DNA of 64,000 nucleotides from Waddliaceae bacterium (GCA_002709385.1 PAQS01000021.1:3387-67386), one strand, 5' to 3'. Shown: positions 9,607-19,670, counted from the stretch's first letter. Notes: generated from the sequence alone by a model not told the origin. Numbers and translations are program-made.

Positions 9607-10701
9607 ATGGCTGGTCTGAGTTGTGGAATTGTTGGTTTACCGAATGTGGGGAAATCGACTTTATTTAACGCATTAACGGCGAATGTAGCTGAAGCATCGA
9701 ATTATCCTTTTTGTACGATTGATCCTAATGTGGGGATTGTTGAGGTTCCTGACTCTCGTTTGGCGGTTTTGTCAGATCTTTCAAAGAGCAAGAAGATTTT
9801 GCATGCGACGATGGAGTTTTTGGACATCGCAGGTTTGGTAGAAGGTGCTTCAAGAGGTGAAGGCTTAGGTAATAAGTTCTTGGGTCATATTAATCAGACG
9901 GATGCCATTCTTCATGTGGTGCGTTGTTTTGATAGTTCTGATGTGATTCATGTGGCAGGGCAAGTTGATCCGATTCATGATATTGAGATCATTAATACTG
10001 AGCTTATATTGGCTGATTTGCAGATGATTTCTAATGCGGTTGGTCGTATGGAGCGCCAGGCTAAAGGTCGTAAAGAGCTCCAGGCGACATTTGAGTTATT
10101 GAAAAAGGTTCAGGCGCATTTGGATGAAGGTAAGCCAATGCGTACGATGGACTTGACTCCTGAAGAAGAAGAGTTGCTGCATCCTTACCCAACCCTTACC
10201 CGAAAAAAAGTCATTTATGTGACGAATGTAGGGGAAGATGACCTTCCAGAAATGGATAATGAGTATGTGCAGCGTGTTCGTGAATATGCAGCTCAGGAAG
10301 GGAGTTCTGTTATTCCTGTTTGTGCTCAGTTGGAAGCTGAAATCGCTCAATTGGATGATGCAGAGCGCAAAGAATTTTTGGAAAGTATTGGTCTTGAAGA
10401 GCCGGGTCTTCATCGCTTGATTAAAGCTTCTTTTGATCTACTGGGCTTGATTACGTTTTTAACGACAGGTGAGCAAGAGACAAGAGCGTGGACGGTCGTA
10501 AAAGGATCTTCAGCACCCATCGCTGCGGGTAAAATCCATACTGATATCCAAAAAGGCTTCATACGTGCAGAGGTGATTACCTATGCAGATATGATTGAGT
10601 TTGGCGGAAGAAATGGCGCGCGAGAGCAAGGAAGAGTTCGCGCAGAAGGAAAAGAATATATTGTACAAGACGGGGATGTGATCCTCTTTTTACATAACTA
10701 A
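9607..10701 (+). CDS. ychF: Redox-regulated ATPase YchF
   Basis: GIVGLPNVGKSTLFN, NYPFCTIDPN, DIAGLV, GFIRAEV, TGS C-terminus. Confidence 0.97.
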   Translation: MAGLSCGIVGLPNVGKSTLFNALTANVAEASNYPFCTIDPNVGIVEVPDSRLAVLSDLSKSKKILHATMEFLDIAGLVEGASRGEGLGNKFLGHINQTDAILHVVRCFDSSDVIHVAGQVDPIHDIEIINTELILADLQMISNAVGRMERQAKGRKELQATFELLKKVQAHLDEGKPMRTMDLTPEEEELLHPYPTLTRKKVIYVTNVGEDDLPEMDNEYVQRVREYAAQEGSSVIPVCAQLEAEIAQLDDAERKEFLESIGLEEPGLHRLIKASFDLLGLITFLTTGEQETRAWTVVKGSSAPIAAGKIHTDIQKGFIRAEVITYADMIEFGGRNGAREQGRVRAEGKEYIVQDGDVILFLHN

Positions 10702-10710
10702 GGATAGGTA

Positions 10711-11853
10711 ATGAACAGTACAGATCAAATGGAACTTTTTGTTGTATGCTCTTCTGGATTAGAAGAACTTGTACAAAAAGAGATGGAAGAGTTGGGGGTA
10801 AAAGTCGTAAGACAAGGCCACCGAGGTGTGTATGTTACAGGCACTCTTCGTGATCTGTACCGCATTAATTATTGCTCTCGCTTAGCTTCACGAGTGCTCT
10901 TGCCGTTAAAGGAAGAGCGCTGTGCAGGTAAGGAAGAGTTGTATCGATTGGGTATGCAAATTGATTGGACGAAGTATATGACTCCAGATCAAACATTTGC
11001 CATCGATTGCAATGGATATCATCCTGAGTTTTCTAATAAGCTATATGCGGCTCAGGTATTGAAAGACGCTCTTTGTGATCAGATGAGAGAAAAGTATGGT
11101 CGACGTCCTTCAGTAGATACAGCTCGTCCAAACGTACAATTGAACCTGCACTTACATGAACATCGTGTCACTGTGAGTGTGGATACTTCTGGTCAACCTC
11201 TGCACAAACGTGGTTATCGTAAAATCACAGGTCCTGCTCCCTTACAAGAGACCATGGCTGCAGCCCTTTTAACTATGGCTGGGTATGATGGTAAGCAAAC
11301 CTTTTTAGATCCTTGTTGCGGTTCAGGAACTTTATTAGTTGAAGCGGCAATGATTGCGACGCGTACTCCTCCGGGGTATTTGCGACGTCATTGGGGCTTT
11401 TTTGCACTCCCTTTTCACAATGACTTTTTATGGAAAGAAGTACGCATTCAAGTGAATAAAGGTCGTCGTGTTCTCCAGGATGGAAAAATTTCAGGTATGG
11501 AGATTAGTCCGCGAGTTTTACAAGAATGTAAAGCAAACCTGCGCAGTGCAGGGTTTGAAGATGGTGTGCATTTGATACAAGGGGACTTCGATCAGTTAGA
11601 ACCAAAATTTCCTCCTAATTTGGTTTTATGTAATCCACCTCACGGTCGTCGTTTAGGTGAGGAGCGAGCTCTAATTCCGTTCTATGGAAAAATTGGCGAC
11701 TTCTTAAAGCGTAAAGTCGAAAAACCTGGAAAAGGTTTTATATTCACAAGTAGCCCTTTATTATCTCGTAAAGTTGGTTTGCGTAGTCAACGTAGACATG
11801 TGGTTTCTAATTGTGGGGTAGAAAGTCGACTTTTAGAGTTTGATTTATATTAA
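10711..11853 (+). CDS. THUMP-domain class I SAM-dependent RNA methyltransferase (RlmL-like)
   Basis: SGQPLHKRGYR, APLQETMAAALL, DPCCGSGT, NPPHG. Confidence 0.85.
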   Translation: MNSTDQMELFVVCSSGLEELVQKEMEELGVKVVRQGHRGVYVTGTLRDLYRINYCSRLASRVLLPLKEERCAGKEELYRLGMQIDWTKYMTPDQTFAIDCNGYHPEFSNKLYAAQVLKDALCDQMREKYGRRPSVDTARPNVQLNLHLHEHRVTVSVDTSGQPLHKRGYRKITGPAPLQETMAAALLTMAGYDGKQTFLDPCCGSGTLLVEAAMIATRTPPGYLRRHWGFFALPFHNDFLWKEVRIQVNKGRRVLQDGKISGMEISPRVLQECKANLRSAGFEDGVHLIQGDFDQLEPKFPPNLVLCNPPHGRRLGEERALIPFYGKIGDFLKRKVEKPGKGFIFTSSPLLSRKVGLRSQRRHVVSNCGVESRLLEFDLY

Positions 11854-11892
11854 GTCATACCTAATTAAACGCGGATAAGCAAAGAAGCTACG

Positions 11893-11934
11893 ACGCAGCG
11901 AAAAATTAATCGTGTTTTTTCGCTGCGTTTTTTT
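11893..11934 (+). terminator. Intrinsic terminator after ychF-methyltransferase
   Basis: 13-bp stem ACGCAGCGAAAAA / TTTTTCGCTGCGT followed by a T-run. Confidence 0.75.
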
Positions 11935-11938
11935 GTAT

Positions 11939-14641
11939 TTAAGTAAGCTTTGTCAACGAGCCGATTTTGGGTACAGTAACCCCTTTCTGAAGGAGCACTA
12001 GAAGTTGCGTAGGTCTAAAATCGGTATTGTACTTTTCCGCTACTTCTTGTGTAAAACGCAGTAGCTCTCTTAAGGCATTTTCTTCGTAGTACTCTAAGGA
12101 TTCTGGGATTGAACCTTCATCTTGAATTTTTTTTATTATTTGCGAAGCTCTTGAATTTGAGTCTGTATCTATCCAATCAATTTTCTCGCTATTTACTTTT
12201 TCATTCGAAGGATTTCTTTGTATATTGAGTTTTTCATTATTTGTTCTTGCGGTTAATCTAGGAAGGTTCTCTTGTCTAAGTTCAGTATCGATAGCAGACA
12301 TTGCTAAAAAGACTTTCTGTATACTCCTTGGGCTGTCATCTAGATGTAATTTTCCTAGTTTGAATGTAGAGGTATGCATGAAGATAGTCTGTGGATTGTT
12401 TTCTGCATTATCTATAAAGCTACCGAATGACTTATTTTCTTTTAAAAGAGGTTTGAGTAAAAGTTCGCAATGCATCCAGAGACCATCTACAGAGCATTGA
12501 TGAGTATTTTCCATAAGTTTTCGGCTTTCATCCGGACCTCCAGGCATGAAAATCCACCGCAGATTAAATTTTTCTAACAGAGCATCACGGTCTTCTTTTT
12601 TGAGCATAGCAGTGTCACCGGCAAAATAAATATCGCCTTTTATACCGTCTCCATTGATTACGTATCCATTGCAGTTGGAATCATGGTGGTCACATAAACC
12701 ACGGTTAGACCAGTGATTTGCAGGGACTCCTGTGATTTTTAAGTGAAAGTCATTCTTTTCATCATCTTCTAGAGTAATGCTCGCTTCATCCCACCAATCC
12801 TGAGCAACAATATTGATGAAGCCCATTTTCCTGAATGCCTCTTCATCACCATCTGGTACAATCATGAGTGGTTGCATAAATAGCAATTTATTGAGAGTTT
12901 GATTGTCCATATGATCGCGATGATTGTGTGAGATCAAAATAATTTGAGTTGAAGGAAGATCTTCTGTTTTTCTTGAAGGGTCTGTCATTCTAGGGTAAAG
13001 CAATGGGTTTAGATCAGCTTCAACGGGGTCTGTAAGGATATTTACAGATAATTTTTTTTCTTTATTTTTTGTGCACGTAAGTGGCAGGTTGAGTAGGCAT
13101 GTAGCGTGCCCTACCCAATGGGAGCTGGGAATTGTACTATTTACGTCAATTGTAGCACTTTTTTGTTCACGAATACCTACAAGGTTTTTTGTTTTTCCTT
13201 TCAATCTTTGCCACTGTGTCTCAGTTCCAATTTTCTTTGCATCTTTCCAATTGTCTTTATGTTTACTTTTGCCTGGCAGCATTTCTTCTGTGTGATAACG
13301 CTGCGGTACTCTTTTAAACCCTTTAAAGATTCTACGTTTCCCTTTAGTTTTTACTGATTTTCTAAAGCGATTTGTTTCTTTAGGGCGTGTGACGGTGACT
13401 TCTTTGACGCGGCAAGGATGCAGGGGTAATGTATAACCTTTGCCCAAACGATAAAGCAAGGGCAATGTGTAGCCTTCATTGGTTGATTTTGAAATATTAT
13501 CGAAAGATTCTTTTAAACGATCATAAGAATGAAAAGCGGTGAATAAGTTTTTTTCAGCTTCTGTTTCTTTTTCCGCTTGTTTATCGGTTTTGCCTTCTTT
13601 GATTTGTATTTTATTTTGTGCTTGAAATAGCAAATTATACACTTTTTGCGCTGTATGGCCCAGCTGAGTATGAGTGACTTCTCTTGTTTTAGGACCGTTT
13701 ATATAGAGAATTCCAGCAGGATTTTCGGGAGTTCCTGCTCGTTTTTTAAGATAAGTAAATTCCTGTCTCATGGCTGTATCAATATCTTCCCAAGTCTTAT
13801 TGAGATCTTGACCTTTAAGACGATTGAATACACGATGTAAAAAATGGTTTTTTTTGATTTTCCAGCCTGTTTTCCCTTCTACAGCGCGAATATACTGTGG
13901 TTTGTTTTGATAATGAGCAATTCGTTCTAAGTTTTTTTCACTTTGTAGTAGTTGTTTTTGTTCAGAACTTAGCTTGATTTTTCCTCTAGATTTGCTTCGC
14001 TTCCAAAAAGCATGGTTTTTATATAAATGGAATAGATGAGCGCAAAGAGACTTTTCTTTTGAATCCGTTATTGTATCTAAAAGGGGGAGCTTTTCATTTT
14101 TACTATAGAGGGAGTAGGAGTAATTTTCATTTTCTCGATGAACCCTCATTAGAAAGTCCGTTTTATCAAACTTAAATTCAGATGTTTGATGTATTTCTCC
14201 TTTTATGCCCTTTAAATAAAGCTCTAATGTTAAAATAGATCGATCTAATGCGTGGTTTGCCCAAATACGATCTTCCCGGCTTCCTCCATGCATTTTAGGG
14301 TGATAATCCATATGAGGATCAATTTGTACTTTTTCTACGAATACGATTGAACCTTTTCCATCAGCTGTCTGTAAATGCCAACGGATTGTTGTTTCAAATT
14401 GATACCCATCTGGAGTAGAAACTGGGTGTAAAACAATTTTCCCTGAATCCAACTCTAATTCAGGATCTCGTGAAACAACCCATTCTTTACTTTCTTTTAA
14501 AAAAATAGATATATTTGTTTTGTCATGACTACATATTTCATTCTCTTTGTTGCAATGACCTGGAACAATATGAAGCTGTGTCTCAATATCCTCTATTTGA
14601 GAAAAAGCAGAAGATAGATTATATGGACCAATACTTGACAT
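11939..14641 (-). CDS. MBL-fold metallo-hydrolase of NAPE-PLD type with ~500-aa N-terminal extension
   Basis: HWVGHAT, ILTDPV, SHNHRDHMD, VPANHWSNR, YFAGDT, MHTSTFKL; start placed at MSSIGPY (ATG 14641). Confidence 0.8.
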   Translation of the reverse strand: MSSIGPYNLSSAFSQIEDIETQLHIVPGHCNKENEICSHDKTNISIFLKESKEWVVSRDPELELDSGKIVLHPVSTPDGYQFETTIRWHLQTADGKGSIVFVEKVQIDPHMDYHPKMHGGSREDRIWANHALDRSILTLELYLKGIKGEIHQTSEFKFDKTDFLMRVHRENENYSYSLYSKNEKLPLLDTITDSKEKSLCAHLFHLYKNHAFWKRSKSRGKIKLSSEQKQLLQSEKNLERIAHYQNKPQYIRAVEGKTGWKIKKNHFLHRVFNRLKGQDLNKTWEDIDTAMRQEFTYLKKRAGTPENPAGILYINGPKTREVTHTQLGHTAQKVYNLLFQAQNKIQIKEGKTDKQAEKETEAEKNLFTAFHSYDRLKESFDNISKSTNEGYTLPLLYRLGKGYTLPLHPCRVKEVTVTRPKETNRFRKSVKTKGKRRIFKGFKRVPQRYHTEEMLPGKSKHKDNWKDAKKIGTETQWQRLKGKTKNLVGIREQKSATIDVNSTIPSSHWVGHATCLLNLPLTCTKNKEKKLSVNILTDPVEADLNPLLYPRMTDPSRKTEDLPSTQIILISHNHRDHMDNQTLNKLLFMQPLMIVPDGDEEAFRKMGFINIVAQDWWDEASITLEDDEKNDFHLKITGVPANHWSNRGLCDHHDSNCNGYVINGDGIKGDIYFAGDTAMLKKEDRDALLEKFNLRWIFMPGGPDESRKLMENTHQCSVDGLWMHCELLLKPLLKENKSFGSFIDNAENNPQTIFMHTSTFKLGKLHLDDSPRSIQKVFLAMSAIDTELRQENLPRLTARTNNEKLNIQRNPSNEKVNSEKIDWIDTDSNSRASQIIKKIQDEGSIPESLEYYEENALRELLRFTQEVAEKYNTDFRPTQLLVLLQKGVTVPKIGSLTKLT

Positions 14642-14703
14642 AGATAAATAAAACAAAATTCATTATTTATACCATTATAACTGATTAAGTTTTAAATTTA
14701 ACT

Positions 14704-15609
14704 ATGTGTAAGACTTTTTTTCCTTATTTTTTGTTTTGCTTCTTGTTTTTTTCTTTATGTGGATCTCCTCTTATTTTAGACCTCTATAAAGGAGAATTGC
14801 TTTCCTCGATTCAATTTATAGATGACCTTAGTCAGGTAGACCTTGTATATATAGGTGAAACACACACGATAAAGCGGCATCATTACTTACAAGAGTCTCT
14901 TTTAGAATCTCTTGTAAATAGAGGAAGACAGCCTATTTTAGCTGTAGAAGCTTTAGAGTATCCGTCTCAAAATATTTTAGAACACTATAACGCAAAAGAG
15001 CTGTCTTTCGATGAATTGGTAGAAAAATTAGACTGGAAAAGAACGTGGTCTAACTATAAAGATTACTCTTCTCTTTTTGCCTTAACAGTGGAGCACAATG
15101 GTTCCGTAGTAGCCATTAACGCACCTCTGAAGCAAGTACGCTCTATGGCTCGAAATGGAATAGAAGCAGCAAAGCCTTTACCTGAACCTTTTCATACAAA
15201 AGAACCTCTTTATGAAAAATGGTTAAAACTCGTCTTACAAGTGCATATGCGCTTTGATCCTAATCGTCTAGAACGGATTATTCTGGCTCAAATGTTGCGT
15301 GACGAGGTAATGGCTCAGAAAATAGAAGAACGATTAAAGAACAAAAAGAAAGAAGAAATCATTGTTGTCATCATAGGTAAAGGCCATATCTCTCATGGTA
15401 TGGGGACCGTTCAAAGGGTTCGCTGGCGCTATCCTGAAGTACGAGATCGTGTAGTTTTACAGACAAATAGTGGAGATTTAACCTTAAGTAATGAAGATAA
15501 AAAAGAGATGCGTGATTTGACCATTACTCATGAAAATTTTCGTTTTTTAGAGCGTCCACTAGCAGACTATCAAATCATTCATCTTCCAGAAAACGATGAG
15601 CTTCCATGA
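14704..15609 (+). CDS. ChaN-family (DUF399) exported protein
   Basis: Signal-like N-terminus; VYIGETH, QMLRDEVMA, IIGKGH motifs. Confidence 0.75.
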   Translation: MCKTFFPYFLFCFLFFSLCGSPLILDLYKGELLSSIQFIDDLSQVDLVYIGETHTIKRHHYLQESLLESLVNRGRQPILAVEALEYPSQNILEHYNAKELSFDELVEKLDWKRTWSNYKDYSSLFALTVEHNGSVVAINAPLKQVRSMARNGIEAAKPLPEPFHTKEPLYEKWLKLVLQVHMRFDPNRLERIILAQMLRDEVMAQKIEERLKNKKKEEIIVVIIGKGHISHGMGTVQRVRWRYPEVRDRVVLQTNSGDLTLSNEDKKEMRDLTITHENFRFLERPLADYQIIHLPENDELP

Positions 15610-16504
15610 TATCTTTTTTGATTTGTAGTTTGAGCTCTTCTGGAGAAGCAAATGTCTGTTCAGAACGTAAGTAATGTAAGAAAGTTACTTCAGCTTCTTC
15701 TCCATACATATCTCCGTTATAGTCGAAAATATGAACCTCTAAGCACACATGGGAATGTTCTTTACGCATAGTGGGGGCAACCCCTAGGTTCGCGATTCCT
15801 TTGTATTTATGGTCTTTAATTTTTGCATGAACAACATAGACCCCGTAAGGTGGAAGGCATAAACTACTGACATCCAAGTTCGCGGTTCGGTAGCCTAAGT
15901 GGCGTCCCTTCCCTTCCCCTGGAATAATCTTTGAAAGAATACTATAGGGTCTTCCAAGTAACTGTTTCAGTTCTTTAAAATCTCCTTGAGCAAGAAGTTT
16001 TCGTAGATGTGTGCTAGAAACATGCTTTCCTTGAGGTTTTAATTCAGGAAGATAGCTCACTTGAAAATTCATTTCTTTAGCTAACTTTTCTACAGTCTCT
16101 TGTTTTCCTTCTCGCCCTTTTCCAATACGTGAATCATACCCAAGAATTAAATGCTTAAAGGGCAATTGTTTTTGTAGTTTTTCTAGAAACTGTTTTGGAG
16201 TTTGAGAAGCAAATTCTCGATTAAATGTCTGAAGTATGAATAAATCAATACCAAATGACTCCATCAACCTTACTCGATGCAAAGAGGTTGAAAGTAAAAG
16301 AGTTGGGGTCTCAGGGGTAAGGACAGTTGAAGGGTGGTTTTGGTAGCTAAAGACAGCGGTTTTACAAGAAAGCTTAGAGGCTTTTTCTTTTAAAGTATGT
16401 AAGAGCATCTGGTGGCCTAAGTGGACTCCGTCAAAATTACCTATAAGAAGGCAGTATCGACTATCTGTGGAGGGGATATCTTTGAGATCGTAATAGCTGT
16501 CCAT
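15575..16504 (-). CDS. ribF: Bifunctional riboflavin kinase/FAD synthetase
   Basis: IGNFDGVHLGHQ, VSSTHLR, GYRTANL, LEVHIFD. Confidence 0.95.
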   Translation of the reverse strand: MDSYYDLKDIPSTDSRYCLLIGNFDGVHLGHQMLLHTLKEKASKLSCKTAVFSYQNHPSTVLTPETPTLLLSTSLHRVRLMESFGIDLFILQTFNREFASQTPKQFLEKLQKQLPFKHLILGYDSRIGKGREGKQETVEKLAKEMNFQVSYLPELKPQGKHVSSTHLRKLLAQGDFKELKQLLGRPYSILSKIIPGEGKGRHLGYRTANLDVSSLCLPPYGVYVVHAKIKDHKYKGIANLGVAPTMRKEHSHVCLEVHIFDYNGDMYGEEAEVTFLHYLRSEQTFASPEELKLQIKKDIMEAHRFLEDE

Positions 16505-16711
16505 AAGTCCCGTATCAAAACCAAATAGAAAGATTTGATTCTAACAGTCTGCTTAATATCAGGATAGCTCTCTGCAGTAAAAGTCACTTTTCCATACTTG
16601 GAAATAAAAAAATATAGGGAAAAAAAGAGAGTCAATTACAGTATAAATTTTTTGTTGAGTTTGCTTAAGGGTTAAATTATAACTGTTTTTTTCTCATAAA
16701 ATGAGGTTATC

Positions 16712-17548
16712 ATGGAAACAAAATTCTGCTTAGAACATAACTCAAGCGACTTCACTCAAAAAGAAATGCCTTTGAGTGATAATGAAAAAGCATGCCAGTC
16801 TCTGGTCATTAAACTAGAACATTTAGCAGAGTTTCTCATCAATAAATATGATTGTAAATCTACGGCTGAAGCCCAGGAAAAAGCCTTCAAAATACTGAAT
16901 ACTGAAGATGGAATGGGCCTTTTACAACGGACATTTAATACTACTATACTGGGACAAGAAGACCTTGTTTTACAATCCTTTATCAATTCAGGCTCTGTTT
17001 TAAATGGAATGTCTTCTGATTCATCGTGTTCATTTTCCAGTTTAGATAGAGCTTCTTGCTCCCATATATATGAAGAGCGCTGGCATATAGGAGAAGAGAA
17101 AAATTCTTTTGGAGATGTTTCTCATGTTTTGCATTATTCTATTGCTCTTCCTCATTTCATGTCTTTACTAGTTCGTATGGATAGAGCAGAAATGCTAAAG
17201 TATTTGATTCATTTTTGTATTGAGCGAGATGATGAAGGATTTTGGAGTGGGCAAGCCTTGCATACCGCCGTTGAACATGATGCACAAAAATCTTTGCATG
17301 TTTTACTAAATAACGGAGCCCGTGTAGAAACTCATAATCACGCTGGGCGTTCAGCTCTGTTTAAGGCTCTTTCTACAGATAAGCTAGATTTTGCTTCTTC
17401 TATGCTTTCACACTTACGTTTTCCACTTGAGATTATCAAAGATCGAGGTAGAAAATATGCTATTTTAGGTAATGTGACTTCTCCATCTCATGATTTCTTT
17501 TCAGAAGAATACACAGAAATACTAGAACAGATGTTAGCTAATCGATAG
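16712..17548 (+). CDS. Ankyrin repeat-containing protein
   Basis: ALHTAVEHDAQKSLHVLLNNGARVETHNHAGRSALFKA; GAGG RBS. Confidence 0.75.
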   Translation: METKFCLEHNSSDFTQKEMPLSDNEKACQSLVIKLEHLAEFLINKYDCKSTAEAQEKAFKILNTEDGMGLLQRTFNTTILGQEDLVLQSFINSGSVLNGMSSDSSCSFSSLDRASCSHIYEERWHIGEEKNSFGDVSHVLHYSIALPHFMSLLVRMDRAEMLKYLIHFCIERDDEGFWSGQALHTAVEHDAQKSLHVLLNNGARVETHNHAGRSALFKALSTDKLDFASSMLSHLRFPLEIIKDRGRKYAILGNVTSPSHDFFSEEYTEILEQMLANR

Positions 17549-17583
17549 TGAGATAATCTCGAAAAAAAGCTAATGGCAAGTAT

Positions 17584-17628
17584 TCACGCAACGAAGTACA
17601 GCTTATGTAAGCTTTTTGAGTTGCGTGA
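17584..17628. repeat. Nested inverted repeat / stem-loop downstream of the ankyrin gene
   Basis: TCACGCAAC...GTTGCGTGA outer arms enclosing AGCTTA-TG-TAAGCT. Confidence 0.45.
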
Positions 17629-17851
17629 TAAATCATCATCGAAATTCTAAAGTTACTTTCTAGTTCTCTGCGAGCTTGATATTTTTACTATAATCACGCT
17701 ATTTCCCATCCTTTTTTAGAGTAAGTTTTGTTTTTTACTGATTATTTAGTGGGGGGTAGTTAATCTATATTTCTTTTTGATGTTTTCTTTAATGGTTCTT
17801 TAAGTAATTTGATTATTATTTATTTATGTAAGTATTTAATTGGTGTGTTTT

Positions 17852-19642
17852 ATGAGTTTTCCAAATGATTTAGTTCGAAATGATGCCGTTTTATCAAGAA
17901 ATGAGATTCAAGAGAATGTATGGGCTGTTCATGCCACGAATTTTCTCCCGGAAGATGGTGTCATTCAAGGTTTGAATGTGATCACTATTGGTAAGGAGTC
18001 ATATAGTGGTTCTTATCGCCCTTTTGTGCATTGGACTTTGGGTGCTTTGGTTCCATCGCATGGTCTAGGTACTTGGGAATCACAAAAATATGCCGTTGTT
18101 ATCCCTTTTACTGAGCTTGAACCTCAACTGGTGAATATTTTTCCTTATGATACAGTAACTGTTGGAGATTTTTCTTTAAGTGAGAAAAAAGCCACTCTTA
18201 TTACACGTGAAGAGCTAAATACTCCATATCCTTACGCAAATGTTGTGGTTCTTCAAAGTGATGAAACACTTAGAGGAGCTATTGATAAGGTATTAACAGA
18301 TAATTCTGCATGGCATGTTGATCTTGAAAACAATGCAAAACATATTAGTCCAGCAAGAGTACTTGCAAGAAATGAAATCAACTTATCTGAGATGAAGCAT
18401 TGGGAAAGTTTTTTGGAGGAAAAGCCTTATCTCTCTTTTGGGCCTGTAATACATTCTTGGAGGGGGGACTACAGCAAGTTAAAAAGAATGGGGCTAACGG
18501 TTGATCTATTAGTTATAAAATATCTTTATTGCGATAAGAATCTCATAGACTTTCGTCATATCGGTGAAATCAGTAAATCTGATTTAGAGATGATATCTTC
18601 AGTATTCAAGTTATATATAGAAAAAACAGAAAATTTACGAAGTCAGTATGTAGAAAATATTGAACAAGGAAAAGTGATCATCGATGCAATTCAGCAAATA
18701 GAATTATGGATCAAACTTATTGAAGAAGATAACGCTTATCGAAAAGAGTATTTTGGACGCTCTTTGGTGAATGATGGTTTAGAAAACGGCTCTGCTGAAA
18801 TTTGTTCTGTTTTAAAGGAGTGGGAAAATAACCCTGACTTTAAGCCTAAGTGGAAGGAGCCGTCAGGCGGTTTGTTTTCCTCAAGAAGAGACTCGATGAG
18901 GGGTGATAGTAGAATAGATATTCTTGGTGCGCTTCTTCCTTTCCATCTTAATGAGATTGATGAAGTATTTAATAAAGTTCCTTTAGAAGGCTTAGATTTG
19001 GCTTTAGTTAAGTTAGGATATTTCATGCAGAAATATTTAGAAATGGGACCTTCTGCGATGATGGCTCAGAAAATAAGCGACTTAATTGAAGGTAAAGAGC
19101 TAGAAAGGTTAAATGTTTTTTCCTCTGGAGGAATGGGTGGAATATTACCTCACTATGAACTGAGTCATATCATTTTTCAATTATATACAGCAATGAAGTG
19201 TTATGGAAAAACTCCTATTCTTGAAAGGCTTATATCCAAAATTGTTGATCTTATTGTTGTTCCTGAAGTAGATGTTTCTGAGTACATTCGTAATTGGAAG
19301 ATTTCTCTTGGTGATGAAGAGTTTTTTTTAACCCCTTCTCTTTCTTCAGTAGGGAAAAGTTATCTAGCAATTAAAAATTATGTGGAAGATCCAAGCTTGG
19401 AAAGTGAACGTCTATTAAACGATGCTTATACAAATTTAACTTGGGAATATGAATCTGGTAAGGAAATGAATATTAATATATTACCTAACTTTCTTGCCCT
19501 TGTTTTGTGGGTGCTAAGTACTGTAGAAGAAGGTTCTAGTAAAGACATTGTTAAAAAGTTTTTGGGGAAATTGTGTGAAGAAAGAGGAAGAGGAACAACC
19601 CTTAAAAATCACAGAGAGATGCTTTCTAACTGGGGTACTTAA
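17852..19642 (+). CDS. Hypothetical protein (~596 aa) with enzyme-like N-terminal domain
   Basis: Long ORF; N-terminal VHATNFLP...VHWTLG...SHGLGTW...PYDT; no family confidently recognised. Confidence 0.75.
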   Translation: MSFPNDLVRNDAVLSRNEIQENVWAVHATNFLPEDGVIQGLNVITIGKESYSGSYRPFVHWTLGALVPSHGLGTWESQKYAVVIPFTELEPQLVNIFPYDTVTVGDFSLSEKKATLITREELNTPYPYANVVVLQSDETLRGAIDKVLTDNSAWHVDLENNAKHISPARVLARNEINLSEMKHWESFLEEKPYLSFGPVIHSWRGDYSKLKRMGLTVDLLVIKYLYCDKNLIDFRHIGEISKSDLEMISSVFKLYIEKTENLRSQYVENIEQGKVIIDAIQQIELWIKLIEEDNAYRKEYFGRSLVNDGLENGSAEICSVLKEWENNPDFKPKWKEPSGGLFSSRRDSMRGDSRIDILGALLPFHLNEIDEVFNKVPLEGLDLALVKLGYFMQKYLEMGPSAMMAQKISDLIEGKELERLNVFSSGGMGGILPHYELSHIIFQLYTAMKCYGKTPILERLISKIVDLIVVPEVDVSEYIRNWKISLGDEEFFLTPSLSSVGKSYLAIKNYVEDPSLESERLLNDAYTNLTWEYESGKEMNINILPNFLALVLWVLSTVEEGSSKDIVKKFLGKLCEERGRGTTLKNHREMLSNWGT

Positions 19643-19643
19643 G

Positions 19644-19670
19644 TTGATAGGAGCTTTGAGCTCCTATCAA
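19644..19670. terminator. Perfect hairpin between convergent genes, overlapping the truB stop
   Basis: TTGATAGGAGCT-TTG-AGCTCCTATCAA (12-bp stem); no clear U-tract. Confidence 0.5.

Noticed and set aside
15575..15609. Convergent 3' overlaps (also 32127-32158, 35594-35631, 47833-47836) as antisense regulation
   Set aside because: Short tail-to-tail overlaps are common in compact genomes; nothing further supports a regulatory role.
16441..16635. 64-aa ORF or FMN riboswitch upstream of ribF
   Set aside because: TTG start without an RBS, overlaps ribF out of frame, and no RFN consensus is visible.
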